A stretch of DNA of 64,000 bases from Carcharhinus longimanus (lineage: Eukaryota), in contig JASCQW010000032.1 of NCBI GenBank assembly GCA_030264375.1, positions 27,842,610 to 27,906,609 on the forward strand. Reading direction: 5' to 3'. The first letter of the stretch is position 1. Each line of letters begins with the position of its first letter. Shown one piece after another: positions 62,280-64,000 of this stretch. The notes beneath the pieces are model-generated. The model made no database searches, was not told the DNA's origin, and was given only the letters and a program-made list of their open reading frames with translations. The position numbers and the translations under genes are program-made.

Positions 62280-64000
62280 ACCTCCATCCTCCTGAGGGGG
62301 GCTTCCATGGCCTCTCTTCCCTCCAGTATGGTTGGGCCACCTGTTTCCTGTTACTGTGGAGCAGTTGTGAACCCCGCTGGAATGAACCACTCCTGGTGGG
62401 GAGTGGGGTGGGGGTGAGATGCTAATGGGCCCGGAGATTTCAGTCCCAGGCCCACTAATCACATGTAAATGTGGATTATAAAAGTGAAATCAGCTCCGCG
62501 TTGATAAACCTAGCCATGGGGACGCGCGGAAGACAGGGCACCCAGGGGGAAGCCCCCAAAACAGCCTCCGCTGATGTCTCTCGGCACATTGTGCTGCTGG
62601 CTGGGAAAATCGTTCCCCAAATGTATTGCTCCCTCACTCTGAATCAGGGATACACGTTTTCACCCCAAGAATCTGACATATCCACGCGGAAACCAGGCAC
62701 GTTGATGCTGTTGTTAGTTGCACATAACAATTTTGATTAACCATCTCAGTGCTGCCAGAAGATTAATGTCAAGAGAGGTTCATAAGACCTAATAGCCCGG
62801 CTCAGCACCCTCCCTGTCAACATTTTGGGGTCTCTGCACACAACTCCTTGATCGCTCACTTTTAATCATCCAGCAGGGAATGTAAAGACAAATAAGTCAG
62901 TGAGGTTGAAAACTCAAAAACATGGAGCTTGGAGTTTGGAAGGTGGGCATTAAGCTTGGGTGATGTATAGACACTGACATGGGATGATGCAGCAGGAAGC
63001 CAGGAGCGTAGAGGAGCTCAGAGTTTGAGTTCATAGCTAACGCACACTCGAGGCTGATGGATAATGAAAGTTGCCCCATCTCCTTGCGCATGGACCTTCC
63101 ATCAGCTCATATCTGCATTCAGCACTTTTCAATGCAGAAGCAGTAGGACTAAAACTGCCTGCAAGTCCTAAACCTGTGAAAACATCAGATCATCTTCTGT
63201 TGCAGCTCTTGGAGGTTCCTTAGTCAAGCTCAAAGTTCTTAAAGGCTGATGCCTCACTCTAATGATTACTGAGCAGAGAGTGTCATGAGTTGGTTCTACA
63301 AACCAGAGAGCTAAGGCATGCGATAGGAAATCTGCAAGGGTAGAGGGGTGGAAATCTTTGACACTTGAATGACCACACATCATATCATTAGATAGAGAGG
63401 CACCCACCACAATATGAGGAATGAGTGGAAGAAAATTTATATTCGTATAAATCCTCCGATTGCCAGAGGTTTGAATGTCCCTCTCTCCACCATCTATGGA
63501 TCAGGATCTGTACTCTGCTCACCAGATAAATGATCACAAAGCCTGCTCTAGAACTTGGCCCCACAGTGCCTCTGTGCTGACGGAGGGTATGGGTGAATGC
63601 TGTGACGCATCCACATCTGGTCTGTCCTCAGGCTGAAGCTGAGGAGCTGGCTGCCAGTTAGCCTCTTCTATTTCCCACTGGTGCCTGACAAAGAGATAAG
63701 TAATTTACTGTGTCATCACCAACATGACAAAGCACTCAGATTCATCAGCTGTTGGTGGGTCCTCACTGGCTTGGGAGACAACAGTCTCATCCTCAGTGTA
63801 GATACAGACTGTGAGCAGGACAAATGCCAAGGCAGATGATAAAGATGCCTGCCTTCTTTAAGTGCTGAATGGATCTATGTAAGGACTGAGGACTCGAGTT
63901 GCTCAGAATGTGAAAACGGGTGAAAATGACAAAGTTTGTGTGTGAGAGTGATTGGTGATGACTTTTGTGCCAGTTGTGTGTGAGATCCTTGTGGACTATG
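62280..64000. mobile_element. GC-rich degenerate repeat(s), possibly Harbinger-related
   Basis: TIR-like gggaaaatcgttcccc at about 62603-62618; composition similar to other such elements; no clear peptide motif. Confidence 0.25.

Overview
Eukaryotic, repeat-dense genomic DNA from a draft scaffold with many N-gaps. The repeat content (HE1-type V-SINEs, HER1/CR1 LINEs, DeuSINE, LF-SINE-like and Penelope elements) points to a cartilaginous fish, probably a shark; this is an inference. There are no prokaryotic operons, CRISPR arrays, rRNA genes or intact tRNA genes, and nearly all ORF-track entries are transposon debris or chance ORFs. The window looks like large introns of an unidentified + strand gene: a candidate first coding exon (10310-10421) is phase-compatible with a clean 126-bp exon (25532-25657), and there is a possible internal promoter/first exon near 32.6-33.0 kb. 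The most unusual signal is two near full-length U2 snRNA-derived retrocopies (about 55850-56073 and 61236-61445) that share non-U2 insertions and a common 3' extension. One has an A-tail and a target-site duplication, suggesting a U2-derived SINE family or a variant U2 snRNA. Also notable are a retrovirus-like element with a tRNA-Ser(CGA) primer site and two Gag zinc knuckles, a Penelope hammerhead-like motif, Harbinger MITEs with an internal third TIR, and a SINE-derived 52-bp minisatellite. Family names come from recall of motifs, not from searches, and repeat boundaries are approximate.
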